A stretch of DNA of 56,969 nucleotides, the filler included, from Thelocarpon superellum (taxonomy: Eukaryota): the NCBI GenBank assembly GCA_026025795.1. It is 2 parts of 2 records of this genome, joined end to end, with 100 filler letters (N's around TTAATTAATTAA, not from the genome) between each part and the next. Parts side by side here need not be neighbours in the genome. Positions count along the whole stretch, not along the records: positions 1 to 28,520 come from JAPEUG010000235.1; 1 more part is not named here. One strand, 5' to 3'. Below are positions 12,432 to 26,212 of this stretch, one piece after another. The position numbers and the translations under genes were made by a program. Below the pieces are notes generated by a model. It saw only the letters and a list, made by a program, of their open reading frames with translations, was not told where the DNA came from and did not search any database. The first letter of the stretch is position 1. Each line of letters starts with the position of its first letter.

Positions 12432-14525
12432 ATGCCAAAAAAAGACAAAAAGGCCAAGGCGGCGGAGAAGAAGGTGCGGGTGGCGGACAAACAAGGCAAA
12501 AAGGCGGCGCAAAAGGAGAAGAAAGCCAAGACCAAAGGCCGCGTGGACGACGAGAGCGATGCCGACGACGTTGACCTAGACGCCCTCCGCGCCGAGTATG
12601 AGCAGCAGCAGGCTCAGTTTCTCGAGATCACCGAGGTGTCATGCGATGCTCCATCCGCTCGCTCCTCCTCGACCCTCACCGCGTCGCCGGCGAACGAGCA
12701 CGAGTTGTTTCTGTTTGGTGGCGAGCATTACAACGGCGCCGTGGCCACTTTCTTCAATGATCTGTTCATCTACCACACGGCCAGAGACGAGTGGCGAAGG
12801 GTCACCAGTCCCAACAGTCCCCTCCCGCGGAGCGGGCACGCCTGGTGCCGTGGCGGCAACGCCGGTGGCATCTACCTGTTTGGCGGGGAGTTCTCGTCGC
12901 CCAAGCAAGGCACCTTCTATCACTACAACGACTTCTGGCGCCTCGACCCGGCCTCGCGCGAGTGGACGCGTCTCGAGACCCGTGGCAAGAGTCCCCCGGC
13001 TCGAAGTGGGCATCGCATGACCTACTTTAAGAACTACATCCTCCTCTACGGCGGGTTTCAGGATACGTCGCAGCAGACCAAGTACCTCCAGGATCTGTGG
13101 GTCTATGACTGCCAGGCATATGTCTGGCATAATCCGGTCCTGCCTCCTGCCTCGGCGAAGCCCGACGCGCGGTCGTCCTTTTCATTCCTCCCCCATGAAT
13201 CCGGCGCGGTGCTGTATGGGGGCTACTCGCGCGTCAAAGCCTCCACCACGTCGGGGAAGCAGACGAAAGGCGGCACTCAGGCCACACGGACTGTCTTGAA
13301 GCCCGTCGTGCATCAAGATACGTGGTTTCTGCGCGTCCAACAGCCACCCAGCGACGCCGCGGCCGCCTCCGTGCCCCTGGTCCGTTGGGAGCGGCGAAAG
13401 AAGCCGGCGAATCTGCCTAATCCGTCCCGCGCTGGGGCCACCATGGCGTATCACAAGGGCCGTGGGATCCTCTTCGGCGGGGTCCACGATGTGGAAGAGA
13501 GCGAAGAAGCCATCGACAGCGAGTTTTTCGATACGTTGTTTGCGTGGAACGTGGAACGAAACCGATTCTTTCCCTTGCTCATCCGGCCGCCGAAGGGAAG
13601 AGCCAAGCCACGCCCGGGGCCCGAGAAGGCGAGCGGAGGACGACGAGACCGCGGTCGAGCCGACGAAGCCGAGCTGCTTCGCAACCTAGCCGCGCTCGAG
13701 ACGGGCAAGTCCGTCGCCAACGCGGAGCAACTGACTCTGGACCCGGTTGCGCGTGAGGAGGAAAGGTCGGAGAAGGCCCCAAAACCAGTCAGCATGCAGC
13801 TGCCACATCGTCGGTTCAACGCGCAGCTCGCCGTGCAAGATGACAGTCTCTACATCTACGGCGGCACGTTTGAGAGTGGCGATCGCGAATACACCTTTGA
13901 CGACATGTGGGCCATCAACCTGGGCCGATTGGACGGGGTGACGGAGATATTCAGGCGAGAGCCGGAGAATTGGCAAGGAGACGAGGACGAGATGGACGAG
14001 GACGACGAGGAGGAAGATGACGACGACGACGATGACGAGGGCGATAGCCCTGACGAAGACGAGGACATGGTGAGCCGAGACGGGGAGGACGCGGAGCGCC
14101 TGAGCACCACAACAGCCGCGACGAGCGTAGACACCGAGACACGGAACGCACCCACCGCCGACGAAAGCAGCGAGACGGCCACACCGGCCTCCGCTCTAGG
14201 GGACTCGCTCCCACACCCACGCCCCTTCGAGAGCCTCCGCGACTTCTTCACGCGCACGTCGCTCGAATGGCAAGAGGTACATCTCCAGCGGACGAAGGTG
14301 GAGGACTCCGTCGAGTCTCGATCCGCCAAAGAGATCAAAAAAGCTGCCTTCGACCGCGCGGAGGAGAAATGGTGGGATTGCCGCGAGGAGGTTCGTGCGC
14401 TGGAGGACGAGCAGGAAGAGGCTGGCATCGGGGACGTGATCAGTCTTGCCGACCGAGCTGGTGTCAGCGGGGGCGGTGGCGGCGACGGCATCGCTGGAGC
14501 CGGGCCGGGCGGACGCCGGAGATGA
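12432..14525 (+). CDS. KEL3: Kelch-repeat protein (Kel3/KLHDC4-like) with C-terminal DUF4110-like domain, intronless, 697 aa
   Basis: Lys-rich N-terminus, repeated PxxRSGH and LFGG/LYGG kelch motifs, acidic tract, then PHPRPFESLRDFF...WWDCREE. Confidence 0.88.
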   Translation: MPKKDKKAKAAEKKVRVADKQGKKAAQKEKKAKTKGRVDDESDADDVDLDALRAEYEQQQAQFLEITEVSCDAPSARSSSTLTASPANEHELFLFGGEHYNGAVATFFNDLFIYHTARDEWRRVTSPNSPLPRSGHAWCRGGNAGGIYLFGGEFSSPKQGTFYHYNDFWRLDPASREWTRLETRGKSPPARSGHRMTYFKNYILLYGGFQDTSQQTKYLQDLWVYDCQAYVWHNPVLPPASAKPDARSSFSFLPHESGAVLYGGYSRVKASTTSGKQTKGGTQATRTVLKPVVHQDTWFLRVQQPPSDAAAASVPLVRWERRKKPANLPNPSRAGATMAYHKGRGILFGGVHDVEESEEAIDSEFFDTLFAWNVERNRFFPLLIRPPKGRAKPRPGPEKASGGRRDRGRADEAELLRNLAALETGKSVANAEQLTLDPVAREEERSEKAPKPVSMQLPHRRFNAQLAVQDDSLYIYGGTFESGDREYTFDDMWAINLGRLDGVTEIFRREPENWQGDEDEMDEDDEEEDDDDDDDEGDSPDEDEDMVSRDGEDAERLSTTTAATSVDTETRNAPTADESSETATPASALGDSLPHPRPFESLRDFFTRTSLEWQEVHLQRTKVEDSVESRSAKEIKKAAFDRAEEKWWDCREEVRALEDEQEEAGIGDVISLADRAGVSGGGGGDGIAGAGPGGRRR

Positions 14526-14966
14526 GAGGAGAAACGACAATTGTAGCGTCTCGCCGCTTTTCGGCTCCGGAGCGGCCTGGAGAGCCACGGGGCACTCCCG
14601 AGTATTTTCATAGCGTAGGATAACTAAGGGGGGCCCCAGATCGGATACGCATTTTGAAATGGAGCAACTACCATTGAATTTCAGGCCGGGCTACCAGGGA
14701 GACCTCTCAGGATGCGGTTCATTTACTCATGGTTCTGGAGTGCTGTGTGGATGTTTGTCTCGATATGTGAGTGCAGGGCCGCTCCGGAATGATTTCAATG
14801 TCATGCAGGTCAGGGGAGATCCTCGATCCATCGAGAATATTCGCGGTGTCCCGTTGCATCCGTCACGAATTTCAGCTTTCACCGCTTGCCCCTCGCCTTT
14901 CGTACTTGTACGCATTCACAAGGGGACATTAGATATTAGAAAGATGGACCAAAGGAGAACGGGGTG

Positions 14967-16878
14967 CTAGGTCGTGGACCCGACAGGCTCCGCGTGCTGC
15001 GACTCGCCCACGCCATTAACCTGCTCTGGCGCGACATCATGGTCGGCCGAGTCTGAGGCCAGCTGGTCGGTGGTGAGGAGGGCTTGGTTCACGTCCGGCA
15101 CGTAACTCTTGCTCTTCCATGGCTTGACGTGGAGGATGTACATGGCGTCGATCTCCTCCAGCGTCCGGCCCTGCGCCTCGATCAGGAAGAAGTACACGGT
15201 CAGCGAGGCCGCGGCACAGCATCCGGCGAAGACGTAGCCGTAACGAAAGTCGATGGCGCTTGTAATGTAGGGCGTGAAGAAGGCAAGCAGGAAGTTCCAC
15301 GTCCAGTTGGATGCCGTCGTGAAGGCCATGCATTGCGCTCTGTAGCGTGAGGGGAACATTTCTCCCGTCGCCGTCCACACCATAGGTCCCCAGGTGCTGT
15401 GAGCATGTGTGAGCTGCCGCCCGTCTCACTCCCCGTATGGCCGAGACTCACCTCGCAAACGCAGCGATGAAGAGACAGGCAAAGACAATCATCGCTTTAC
15501 CAGCCGCTGGAGTGCTCTGCGGGTTGCTTTGGTCCAGGGCGAAGTGACCGACGCTGGCAAAGACCAGGAAGCACATGCCTAGATCAGGTCAGTGATGGTT
15601 CCGACGGACGGGTCGGAGATATGCATACACATCCACGCGCCTCCTAGTATCATACAGATCCGGCGGCCGAACCTCTCGACAAAATACAGCCCCGGGAAGG
15701 TACAAGCGACGTTGACGGCGCCGAGGATGATCTGCGTGACGTAGCTGTTATTGATGCCGGTGGAGACAAAGATCGTGGTTCCGTAATAGAAGAAGAAGTT
15801 GGCGCCGGTCAATTGTTGAAAGGCCTGGAGGGCAACGCCGAGGAAGGTCCGGTAGGCCATCCGGGGTCCCGTGAAGCATTCCCACCAAGGTTGGTGCCCG
15901 CCCGCATGTTCCGCGTCCAGCGCTTCCTTCATCTCCTGCAGCTCCTTGGCCACCTTGCGGTGATTGTGGGGCGCACCCAGCAACTTCGACATGGTTCGCT
16001 TGGCTTCCTCTGGTCGTCCATGGCGGTAGACATACTTGGGCGTTTCGGGGAAGAAGAGGATTCCGATGCCAAGAATGATGGCCCAGAGGAAGCCAATGCC
16101 CATAGGGATGCGCCAGCTGGCGGTGTTTTGAATCCCTTCGGTACCGTAGTTGATGAGGTAGGCGAGTAGAATGCCGATGGTGATGAAGAGTTGATAGGTA
16201 CTACCGTGGTCAGCGCGTTTTGATCAACCAAGTCGACGGGCTCTCGCACCAGACAATGGTGCCACGGACGTGAACCGGGGCCGATTCGGACTGGAACAGC
16301 GGGACCAAGATGGACAAGGCGCCAATCCCCAGACCAGCAATCGTCCGGCCAATCACGATCTGGTCCCATGCGGTGCTGGAGGTAATCTGCACCACCACTC
16401 CGATGCAGAAGACCACACACCAACCCGAGATGGAGTATTTGCGTCCGAACTTATTTGCAAAGGGCGCCGAAGCGAGTGCACCGACCAAGGTGCCGATTGA
16501 GAGCTGTGGGAAGCATTAGCCACGGAGGATGGCTCGCAGCTAAGGCACAACGCTGCTCACCATGCCCACGATCAAGCCCTCGCGGACGTTGCTGAACACA
16601 TACGAACTTCCCGACTTCTCGCCGAAGCGTTGCAGGAAGTCATCCATCTCCACGAAGCCCGAAATCTGACCGGTGTCATAGCCAAAGATCAGACCACCCA
16701 TGGACACCAGCACGCCCATCAAGGCCACTCGCCAGGTCATCACGGGGTAGGGCGAGTCATCGTAATCGCCAGCTTTCTCGCCATGCAGCGGGGCTTGTGT
16801 ACGCGTGGGGACTTGCGATTCCCGGTCTTCCGAGAGGGAAGAGGGCGCGGAACCCTGGGATCGGTGAAAGACGCCCAT
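14967..16878 (-). CDS. MFS sugar porter / hexose transporter; introns 16560-16504, 16249-16201, 15628-15579, 15451-15397
   Basis: GGLIFGYDTGQISG, KFGRK, QSESAP, PETP, QQLTGANFFFYYG, ERFGRR, WGPMVW and GRTLEEID. All four introns keep the frame. Confidence 0.95.
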
Positions 16879-18600
16879 GATCAATATTTTACAAGGAGGT
16901 GAACGAGGCTCTCACTTGGTGACCAAGAACGACGAGTCGCGACTGGAGTGGCATTGAGCAATCCGCAAGGAATTGCATTTACTCAGACGAAATTTTCCAC
17001 GAGTCTTGGGAATTTCGAGGCCTTTCATTGGGAATGGCCCATCCGCGTCTTCCCCGGAGACGTCATCGGCTCGGCCGGACAGCCGCCAGTAACGACCGAC
17101 CGATAATGAGCGCCTGACCACCGATCGTTGACCCACCTGGACGGGCACGCAAGCGTTGCCCCAATGCGGGGAAGTTGATGGCGTGAGCTCCAAGCTCTTT
17201 CCATTGCTCGTAGAGGCGGCAGCGGTTGCCGATTTGGCTGGCCTTCGGAAGGCGATGCCGAAGGTTAGGCCGGTGGAGACGTTTCCGATGACGTTGAGGT
17301 GGCGAGGTCAAAGCAAGGAAGAGCCGCTACGCGAGCCAGTGGGCGTGGACGCTCATCGCCGTCCCGCAGAACATGCTGGTCACGGACCAAAGGCGGGGGA
17401 CCTCAGTTTCTCGATGTGTCGCACTCTGAGCATTAGGTACAGCTGAAGCCCCTCACCTTCGTCTCGGTTGCGATTCCCGGTGGCATCCGTGGCTGGCGAT
17501 AGTTGAGACGTGATACGACATGGCCACCACCACTGTAGGCTCTCGCGTACTCATACGCGTAGAACCCTCCGCTCGAAGCCTAGCTCCATCTACGGGAAAG
17601 CGGCGCACTCGAACGGTACGTCGTATTCTGGCACCCGACGTTGAAATCACATTATGCTACGGCGAAGTGTTCGAACGTTCACACAGAACCTCCCGTAGTT
17701 CGACCACGAGATTAGATCCGAGCTTAGGAAATCGGCCCTAGTCCAAGTATACGTGATGGCATAGCCACCGATAAGGGCGAGCTCGTAAATCTCAGGACGC
17801 TTTCACTCGGACGCACGCTGGAGATGGACCGCATCATGAGCCTACCATGCAGAGGCCATCGCAGAGTAAGGTCAGAGAGGAGCAAGGAGCGATGTTGGAG
17901 GCGCAGAGTGCTCACACTTTTATGCTGCGCAGGTGCTGCTAGTGCCAGGTAGCTGACATGGTCATACCTTCTGAGTATGGCACGTTGTGACATCGGCCGA
18001 CCGTATGTAGTTCTCCGGCCGCAGTTGGTTAGCTAGATCCCTCATCCCTCCTTAGCGTAGGTAACGCAGCTGGGGCTAGGGACAATTAATTCCCGTTGCT
18101 TACAACGTCACAGTGCCCGTGGTTTCCCTTGGAAATTTCTCCCGGCTACACCAATTTACTGCCAACAGCTGCAAAATGATCGTCCGCGGTACGCGACGTC
18201 CAACGATAAACTTAGCGCCATCAGCGCGAGTGACAGTCAATGCAGCTATGCTGCCTATGCTGCCATGACTCACGGTGCCTGGAAGATGGGGCCAAATTGA
18301 GCACTCCAAGACGCATACATCCCCCAAATCCTGTCCACTCCTACAGATGGGGAAATGCTCTAGGTCAAGTTCAAGTGTCTGCTTGTGCATGAGGTGTCCA
18401 AAGCCTCTTCCGTGTCGAACCTGCGTCTGGGATCTGAACAAGTTCAGGTAACAGCCGAGAACGAAATCGCTGGCTTTACGCTTCAACCAGAGTATGAAGT
18501 CTTTCCTCCATCCCGCCCGTGGAGGAGGCCGTGGCCAAGGAAATGGAGTGCGCGAAACGTGGATGAATTCAGACTAATTCGCGCCATCTCATGATCAGAG

Positions 18601-19980
18601 ATGACGCCCCGCCTCGATTCTCTCCCGGCCGAGCTCGCGGACCAGATCATGAGCTACCTGGATCTCGGCGACGTCAGTAGCGTGCGTTTGGCCAGTCGTG
18701 TCCTCCAGCTCTCGTGCGCAGAGCGCCGCTTCCGAGACTTCTTTGCCTCAAGGCGCGTCAGCCTGTCGGAGGAGAGTCTTCAGACGCTGGTGGAGCTCAC
18801 GGCGCATCGCGTACTGGGCCCGGCCGTGCGGAAGCTGAGCATCATCGCTACGGTCCACGACACTACGAAGATCGAGCGGCAGGTCACAACCCGTACCACA
18901 AGCTCGACCACGCACACGGGTGTGTTCTTCGGTACAACAACCCAAGACTGCACCGAAGAGGAGATGGCACAAGCACGTTTGGTCTTACGTCTCATGACCG
19001 AACGAAAGGAAGAGCAAGCGCGGATGGGCGTGACGGGTCTCGACGTCCGCCTGCTCACCATGGCCTTCCGCAACCTAGGCCGGCTAGCCGCCCTTTCGTT
19101 ATCGGCCGAGGTCTACCAGGATCTGACGCATCGCGCCCTGCCGGAAAGAGGCGGTGCGTGGCGGCCCATTTGGGAGCGCGCCTCGGCCACCTATCGCGTG
19201 GTCCTGACCGCCCTGGCTCAGAGCCACCTTGCAGTTGAGCGACTAGGTATCTTCGACGACGTGCGACGCTGTAGCGTCCCCGTGGACGAGATCCACGAAA
19301 CCATGTCCCACGCGGAACTGGACGGCCTTCGACACGTCCTCGCCCACGTCCGCGTCTTGTCCCTAAGCTTCTCCTCGCGCCTGGATCTTGAGGGCGAGAG
19401 GGAAGTGGAAGCGGAAGGAGAAGAAGACAACGAAGAAGTGTCGAAAGCGCCGGCCCAACTGCTGGGGCTAGCATCGGAGCTGGAAGAGCTGGACCTGCAC
19501 GTCTTGCAACCGGTCAAGGGAAAGGCGATGAGAGATCTCATGTGCCATCACATCTTGACCTCCGTGCCGCTGCCGAAGCTGTGTGCATGTCGGCTTCGCG
19601 GGGTGCATGCAACGGAGGATTCGTTGAAGGAATTTCTGCACAACTGCCCTGGCCTCGACCGGCTCGAACTACGCGACTTCTGCCTGGACAAGGGCACGTG
19701 GACATCCGTGTTTCAGCAGCTGGCGGGCGAGACCTGCGGCGTCAGTAGCCTCACCTTCAGTTTTCTCTATGAGCGGACTATCATCGAGTTCGACAAGAGT
19801 CTCGCGCATCTCTCCGAGCGCCAGTACTCGTCCGCGCGCTTGAACCAGCGTTCGCTGAAGGTGAATCGCGAGCAGCTCCAGCACGGGATTCGCTATGCTC
19901 CCTCCCGAGCACGGCTTAAGGCATCGGCCGAGACGTACCGCATGTATCAGCAGAGACAGCTCGAATATGGGTCGCGGTGA
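18601..19980 (+). CDS. F-box protein with LRR-like C-terminal region, intronless, 459 aa
   Basis: N-terminal LDSLPAELADQIMSYLDLGDVSSVRLASR F-box motif, with LxxLxL repeats downstream. Confidence 0.82.
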   Translation: MTPRLDSLPAELADQIMSYLDLGDVSSVRLASRVLQLSCAERRFRDFFASRRVSLSEESLQTLVELTAHRVLGPAVRKLSIIATVHDTTKIERQVTTRTTSSTTHTGVFFGTTTQDCTEEEMAQARLVLRLMTERKEEQARMGVTGLDVRLLTMAFRNLGRLAALSLSAEVYQDLTHRALPERGGAWRPIWERASATYRVVLTALAQSHLAVERLGIFDDVRRCSVPVDEIHETMSHAELDGLRHVLAHVRVLSLSFSSRLDLEGEREVEAEGEEDNEEVSKAPAQLLGLASELEELDLHVLQPVKGKAMRDLMCHHILTSVPLPKLCACRLRGVHATEDSLKEFLHNCPGLDRLELRDFCLDKGTWTSVFQQLAGETCGVSSLTFSFLYERTIIEFDKSLAHLSERQYSSARLNQRSLKVNREQLQHGIRYAPSRARLKASAETYRMYQQRQLEYGSR

Positions 19981-20638
19981 CCATCGTGATGTGAGGACAG
20001 GTAAAGAGTTTATGCGATAGAATGAATCAGGATTTTGTCATCTGATCCGCTAGACGGCAGCTTAGCCAGATTAAATGCATACTCCGCCTGCGTAGACACG
20101 TGGTCGCAAGAGAACGGGCGCCCGTTCCAAGAGAGGGGGATATCGATTGTGGTGATGGATGTGCGGGACTTCCGCGGACAAATTGGGCGGCTCCCCGATG
20201 ACACGTAGAGAGACAGAAATAGATGGGAGGACAGCGAGGAGGAAGAAAAGCGATCGTCAACCTGGATCAAGTCTGTACGAAGAAACACAGTATCCATAGA
20301 AGGAGGCACGCTTCGTGAGAGGGTACAACGCACCAGATTATGGGTTCGAGGAATCCGAGTGTCGGAGTTGATTGAACATTAGCACTTGAGAGTCAAGGAT
20401 TGAGAGTCTCGAGTGATCGCTTAGTCATCCTTCCAGGCGATGCCCGCTGCATCACGTGCTTTCGAGTATCGCCGGCGTCGCCGCGCGTAGTCACAGTACA
20501 CGGCACAACACCGACACGTCGCCCGGCGAGATTGACCTCAAGCTATCGGACCTGTGACCGACCACCGCTCAAGTTTCATCCCTTTCTTCAGGCGTGGCTG
20601 CCACTGGCGCTGCTGCGCGAAGAAGATGGTCCAAGCCC

Positions 20639-23600
20639 ATGACCTCTCATAATCTCAGCGAGCACCTCCCGTGGCTCTTACGCTCCCGCTGCTTCGTACC
20701 CCCTCCGGCGCCGATTATCACAGCGCCCATCGACGCATGGGACGTCGTGGACACGCAGGACGACTTGGGAGAGGTTGATGACACCGACTTGCTCAGTCTC
20801 ACGGCGGCATCAGATTCTAGCGTCCTACGTGGACCGGATGAGACCCACGGCCCGCCTGGCAGGCACCACCCCATCTCTCCATCATCGTCACTACACGCCC
20901 CAACGCAAGGTTCGGGTGACGTGCGTGGTCTGGTGGACCCTACGGATCCCGCTCATAATATGGTGAGGCTACAAGCCGGCCCCAAATCCGCCACCAAGTC
21001 TCGTCTACTCAGTCGACCCCACCCGGACGCTCCACCGACGCCCGCGCCCTCCAAGTCGAGCTCGTCTGGGCCATCCTTCAGCGAGCATTACAATGCCCTG
21101 TTTCGCAAGGGTACGTACGATCCGATATCTAGGGGGCAGGAAGATGGACTGACCGGCCCTGCAGAGCCTTCGTCACAGCCGCTGGCTGCACGATCCACAG
21201 TACAGCGGGCCACTAATGTGGCACAGCGCACGCCCCCGACCCACTCGCCCCAACGCGGATTTACCTCGCTCAAGGGCATGGAACACGACGTTGATTCGAT
21301 TGATCTGACCCGGACCAGCGCCGAGATTGCGTCATCAAGGACCATCGACGGGCGTCACGACTCACCCTCAATCTTGAAGGGAACGTCGACTACCAAGATG
21401 CGCGGCACGAAGCGCAAGAGTGACGACCTAGAGACGCCGGCACATGTGGCCGCTGGACGGCCAAAGAAATCTCCGCACACCCGCGGCCCGGCCAACCAGT
21501 CCGCGGCCGCAGGGTCGTACGTGGCGATTGACGCGTATCCCGAGGATCCCCCGCCACCATATTCGGCCGCGCGGAGTGCACCGCTCTCTACCCCAGCGAG
21601 CAAGAAAGCACATGAGAGCCCCATCGAGATGGATGGCGACTGTTCCGAGCCCGACGCGAGCTGTGAGGAGGAGGAGCACACCCTCACCGAGACGCGAATT
21701 GTGACCCAGACACGGAAGAGGAAGTCGGTCAGTCGAGTGCCGGGGGAGCTGCCGGGTCGAAAGATAGGGGCGTCCAAGGAACGAATCTGCACGCCGCCGC
21801 GCTCCGCCTCCAGCGAATTCAAAACTCCTCGCGCGGCAAACCCGGCCGAGCACTCCATGGATCGATCTTCGAGCGTGCGGGGCGAAGCTGAGACGTCTGT
21901 GGTAGGGAAGCAGTGGCGGCCAGTCGTGGACGACTCGAACGACGATAGTGAGCAATCGGACGAGGTCGGTCACCAAGAAACGACCATTGGATCCGAGCCC
22001 GCAAGAACACGTCCATTCTCCGTCAAGGAAACGCCGGATGGCTCATCGCGCAAACGCAGCCTACCATCCCTCGCCAGAACGGAGGTCGTCGGTTCCGACG
22101 TGCGCGACCCTCTCCCAGAGATCTTGACCAGCGGCCCGATCGCGACGCGAAAGGGGCTGTCCCGGCATGATAGCGGGGCCTCGCCATTTCAGCACGATTC
22201 GCCCACTAAATTTGCGTCCTCGCGAAAGCCGGCGCCGCGCAACGATAACCCCACGCTCCCCTCGCGCTCGTCGGACGAGTCACGACTGATGGTGCAGCGC
22301 TTCATCCAGATGCCGGCATCGGTGGCACAGGAGAGTCTCGCGCATCTCGAGACGGCGTTGAAGGCGAACGAGCATCTGGTCGTGGAATGTATTGACGCCG
22401 ACCAACCCATCCCGCCGCAGCTGCGCGAAGAACGGAAGCGGATCAAAGAGCATATCGCCGCCTGGCCCGCGCTCGAGGAGGCCACGTCGAAGCTTCGGCT
22501 TGCGTTCCACGCCAAGGAGGCCCTCAAGAAACAGATCCTTGATGCTCTCGACGACGGCCGGGATACGCTCACCTTTGAAGAGGAGAATTCGACGCTGCTG
22601 CAGGACGCGCAGCAACTCCATGCCCAAATTGGCCCACGCCTAGAGAGTCTCCTGGCTGGCGATGTCGCCCTTCCCGAGCTCCGTCGGTGGGTCGTGGAGG
22701 GCGACGTGGGGATCGAGGTGCCTACCGCGTCGACAGTGATAGTGGCATCGACGCAAGGGCGCCCGATGACGACATGGACCATGAACGAGACGTCTCGTCA
22801 GCAACCTCCGCGGGCTCACTTCGCCCCAACGGAGCGGGTCCAGCAAACGCAGGCCGCAGCGCCCGCTCCAAGCAACGCTTTCCTCTCGTCCCGACCGACG
22901 GTGGGTGCGGGACAAGTCCGGCCAAGCCTCGAGCGGGTGCCAATTCCATCCCTCGACGTCAATTCATCATGTCGCCCCACGCCTGCGCCTGTCCGCCCGG
23001 CCTGGAGCGGCGTGGTGAGTCCGGGCGACGAGCACTATGGCCAGGACGATGACGATGACGACGCCGAGATGTTAGAGATGGTGAACAATCTAGAGAAGCA
23101 TCGGTCCAGGCCCGGCGCGCGGCAGACGGAGTCACCGCGCCATGTCTTCGCCGAGACCTCGGTGAACCTCACGGGCCGTCGGAAGGCGTCGCCACGAGGC
23201 AAGCCAAGCTCGGGCCCTGGAGCATTTCCCTCGTCCTCGCAGACGTCATTGATGCAGTTTGCCTGGTCGCGCGACGTCAAGATCGCCATGAAGGAGCGCT
23301 TCCATCTGCGGGGCTTCCGGCAGAACCAGCTCGAGGCCATCAACGCGACCCTCTCGGGCAAGGATGCCTTCGTGCTGATGCCCACAGGGGGTGGCAAATC
23401 CCTCTGCTACCAGCTCCCCGCCGTGATCGCGAGCGGCAAGACGCGCGGCGTGACGGTGGTGGTGTCGCCGCTGCTGAGCTTGATGCAGGACCAGGTGGAG
23501 CACCTCAAGGCGCTGAACATCCAGGCCTTCTTGTTCAACGGCGAGGTATCGGCGGAGCATCGGCGGCTGGTCATGGAGGGCTTGCGCGACCCACACGTGG

Positions 23601-26212
23601 AGCAGTTTGTGCAGCTGCTGTACGTGACACCGGAGATGATCACGAAGAGCCAGAGTCTGGTGCAGGCCTTTCAACAGCTGCATCGTCGCGGCAAGTTTGC
23701 GCGCATCGTCATCGATGAGGCGCACTGCGTCAGCCAGTGGGGCCACGACTTCCGGCCGGACTACAAGGCGCTGGGCGACCTGCGACGGCAGTTTGCCGGC
23801 GTGCCGGTCATGGCCTTGACGGCGACAGCGACGGAGAACGTGAAGGTTGACGTGATCCACAACCTCGACATCACCGGCTGCGACGTCTTCACCCAGAGCT
23901 TCAACCGGCCGAACCTCACGTACGAGGTGCGGCCCAAGGGCAAGGCCAAGGAGGTGCTGGACAGCATCGCCGACACCATCCACAACACGTACCGTGGACA
24001 GTCCGGGATCGTGTACTGCCTGTCGCGCAACGACTGTGAGCGGGTGGCGGAGAAATTACGGCAAGAGTACAAGATCAAGGCGCACCACTACCACGCCGGC
24101 ATGGATCCCCTGGAGAAGACGCAGGCGCAGAAGGATTGGCAGGCCGGCAAGTACCACGTCATGGTGGCGACCATCGCGTTTGGCATGGGCATCGACAAGG
24201 CCGACGTGCGCTTCGTCTTCCACCACACCGTGCCCAAGAGCCTCGAGGGCTACTACCAAGAGACGGGCCGGGCTGGGCGCGACGGCAAACGTTCGGGCTG
24301 CTACCTGTACTATGGCTTCAAGGACACGAGCATCTTGAAGCGCTTCATCAGCGACGGCGAGGGCAGCTGGGAGCAGAAGGAACGGCAACATCAGATGCTG
24401 CGGAGCATGGTGTCCTTTTGCGAGGATAAGCAGGAATGTCGCCGGGTGCAGGTGCTCTCATACTTCAACGAGCCCTTCCACCGGGACCGATGCGCCAACA
24501 CGTGCGACAACTGCACGACCGACAGCGTTTTCGAGAGCCGCGAGTACACGACGCACGCCATCGCGGCCATCAAGTTGGTGCAGCGCTTGGATGGGGAGAG
24601 AATGACGGTGCTGCAGTGCGCCGACGCCTTTCGCGGCGTCAGGTCCCGCAAGACGTATCAGACAGACCCGTCGCAGGTGCGCGAGTTTGGCGCGGGCAGC
24701 GGCCTGGACCGGTCCGAGGTGGAGCGATTGTTCTACCGGCTAATCAGCGAGGAGGCGCTGGAGGAACACAATCTGGTCAACAAGGCCGGCTTCGCGAGCC
24801 AGACGGTCCACGTGGGCCGGCACGCCCGCGACTTTCTCTCGGGCGCGCGCCGGCTGAAGATGCAGGTGCGCGTCTTCTCGCCCAAGCAGTCGCGCACGAA
24901 GGGGCGCGAGGCGCCGCGGAGCGGCACCGGCGTGGCGGCGGCGCGGCCGGACTATCCTCGTTCCACCAACGTGTCGTCGCCGGTGCAGCAGACGACGCGG
25001 CGGCGACTGGCCCGCAAGCCGTCGGTCGCGGTCGCGCCCATGGAGGAAGAGGACGACGATGACGATGACGACGACGATGACGATGACGATGACGCAGGCG
25101 ACGTGCCGGATGCGGCCACCGGGCCGAATCGTTACGTTCACGATGGCTTCGTCGTACCGGACGACGAGAAAGAGGCTGCACTTGATATGGCGTCTGATGG
25201 CGATTCCGATGGATTTGCATCGATCCGCGAGGCGGGGCGGCCGGCAAGGCGAGCGGCTCCGCCGTTGGGACCGCCGATCACAACGGATGAGAAGATGGAG
25301 CGGCTCAACGACATCCATCGCGCGGTGGTAGAAGACTTTGTCGGGCAGGCCAAGCAAGAAGGCGAGCGGGTAAGCATAGCAAAGAACGTCAGATGACGCC
25401 GCGAGATGACTGCTGACCCGCAGTAGATTCGGAGTGATCGCAATCTGCGCGCGCAGCCCTTTACGGATACGATCTATCGCGAGATGGCCATCAACTTTCC
25501 CCGCAGTGAGTGGTCTGGCGACTTGGCTGGAAGGCTACTGACGCGGCCGCAGACGAATCAGAGCTGCTGGAGATTCCCGGCATCCATCCGGAGCGGGTGA
25601 GTCTCTTCGGCAAGCGCTTCTTGCGCTTGATCAGCCGGGCGCACACGGCGTATGAGCACATGATGCAGCGTCATGAGGATCGCGACAAGGACCCCAACCA
25701 CAAGGTGGTCATCAGCATCAGCAGCGACGAAGAGGACGAAGCCGATGACCTGGCGGACCTGGCGCACGCTCTAGAGGCCGGATCGTCGGAAGAACGCAGC
25801 CATTATTTCCAGCCCACTGCCGACGTGCAATCCTTCAACGCGCGATGTAGGTGACCCAGCGGACTCTGGTGCCGACGCCCATGGTTGACAGATGTTAGTT
25901 TCTCAAAACCCGCTTTCGAACACCTCGGACGAGCGCCGCCCTGCTCCTGCGTCGGGACGCGATGGCGCGCGTCGTGGAGCCGGGCGTGGCGGGAAGGGGA
26001 GCAGCTTCAAGAGGGGCGCACGCAAAGGATCGGGGTCGTTTACCAGGAGCAGGCCCACCGGCCGCGTCTCCAAGAAGCGGACGTCCGATGATCGGACGAG
26101 TCGGGGAAGCGCCGGCGGCGGGACCGGGGGAGGGAGCAACCGAGGCGGCAGCAGAACGTCGAGGTCCGCGGGGATGGCTCGCTCGACCGGTATCATGGCA
26201 ATGCCCGGATGA
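20639..26212 (+). CDS. SGS1: RecQ DNA helicase (Sgs1/MusN/BLM); introns 21111-21164, 25370-25426, 25506-25552, 25847-25898
   Basis: [57 protein letters not shown] zinc motif (CRR...CANTCDNC) and an HRDC-like region in the 3' exons. Confidence 0.95.

Noticed and set aside
18037..18594. Protein-like frame with in-frame stops directly upstream of and in phase with the F-box ATG
   Set aside because: There is no recognisable domain and the F-box motif already starts at residue ~5 of the 18601 ORF. It cannot be distinguished from random sequence without a search.
593..26212. WLM protease + CENP-K + SGS1 as a genome-stability cluster
   Set aside because: They are separated by unrelated genes over 25 kb, which is compatible with chance. 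No shared regulatory signal was found beyond generic E-boxes.
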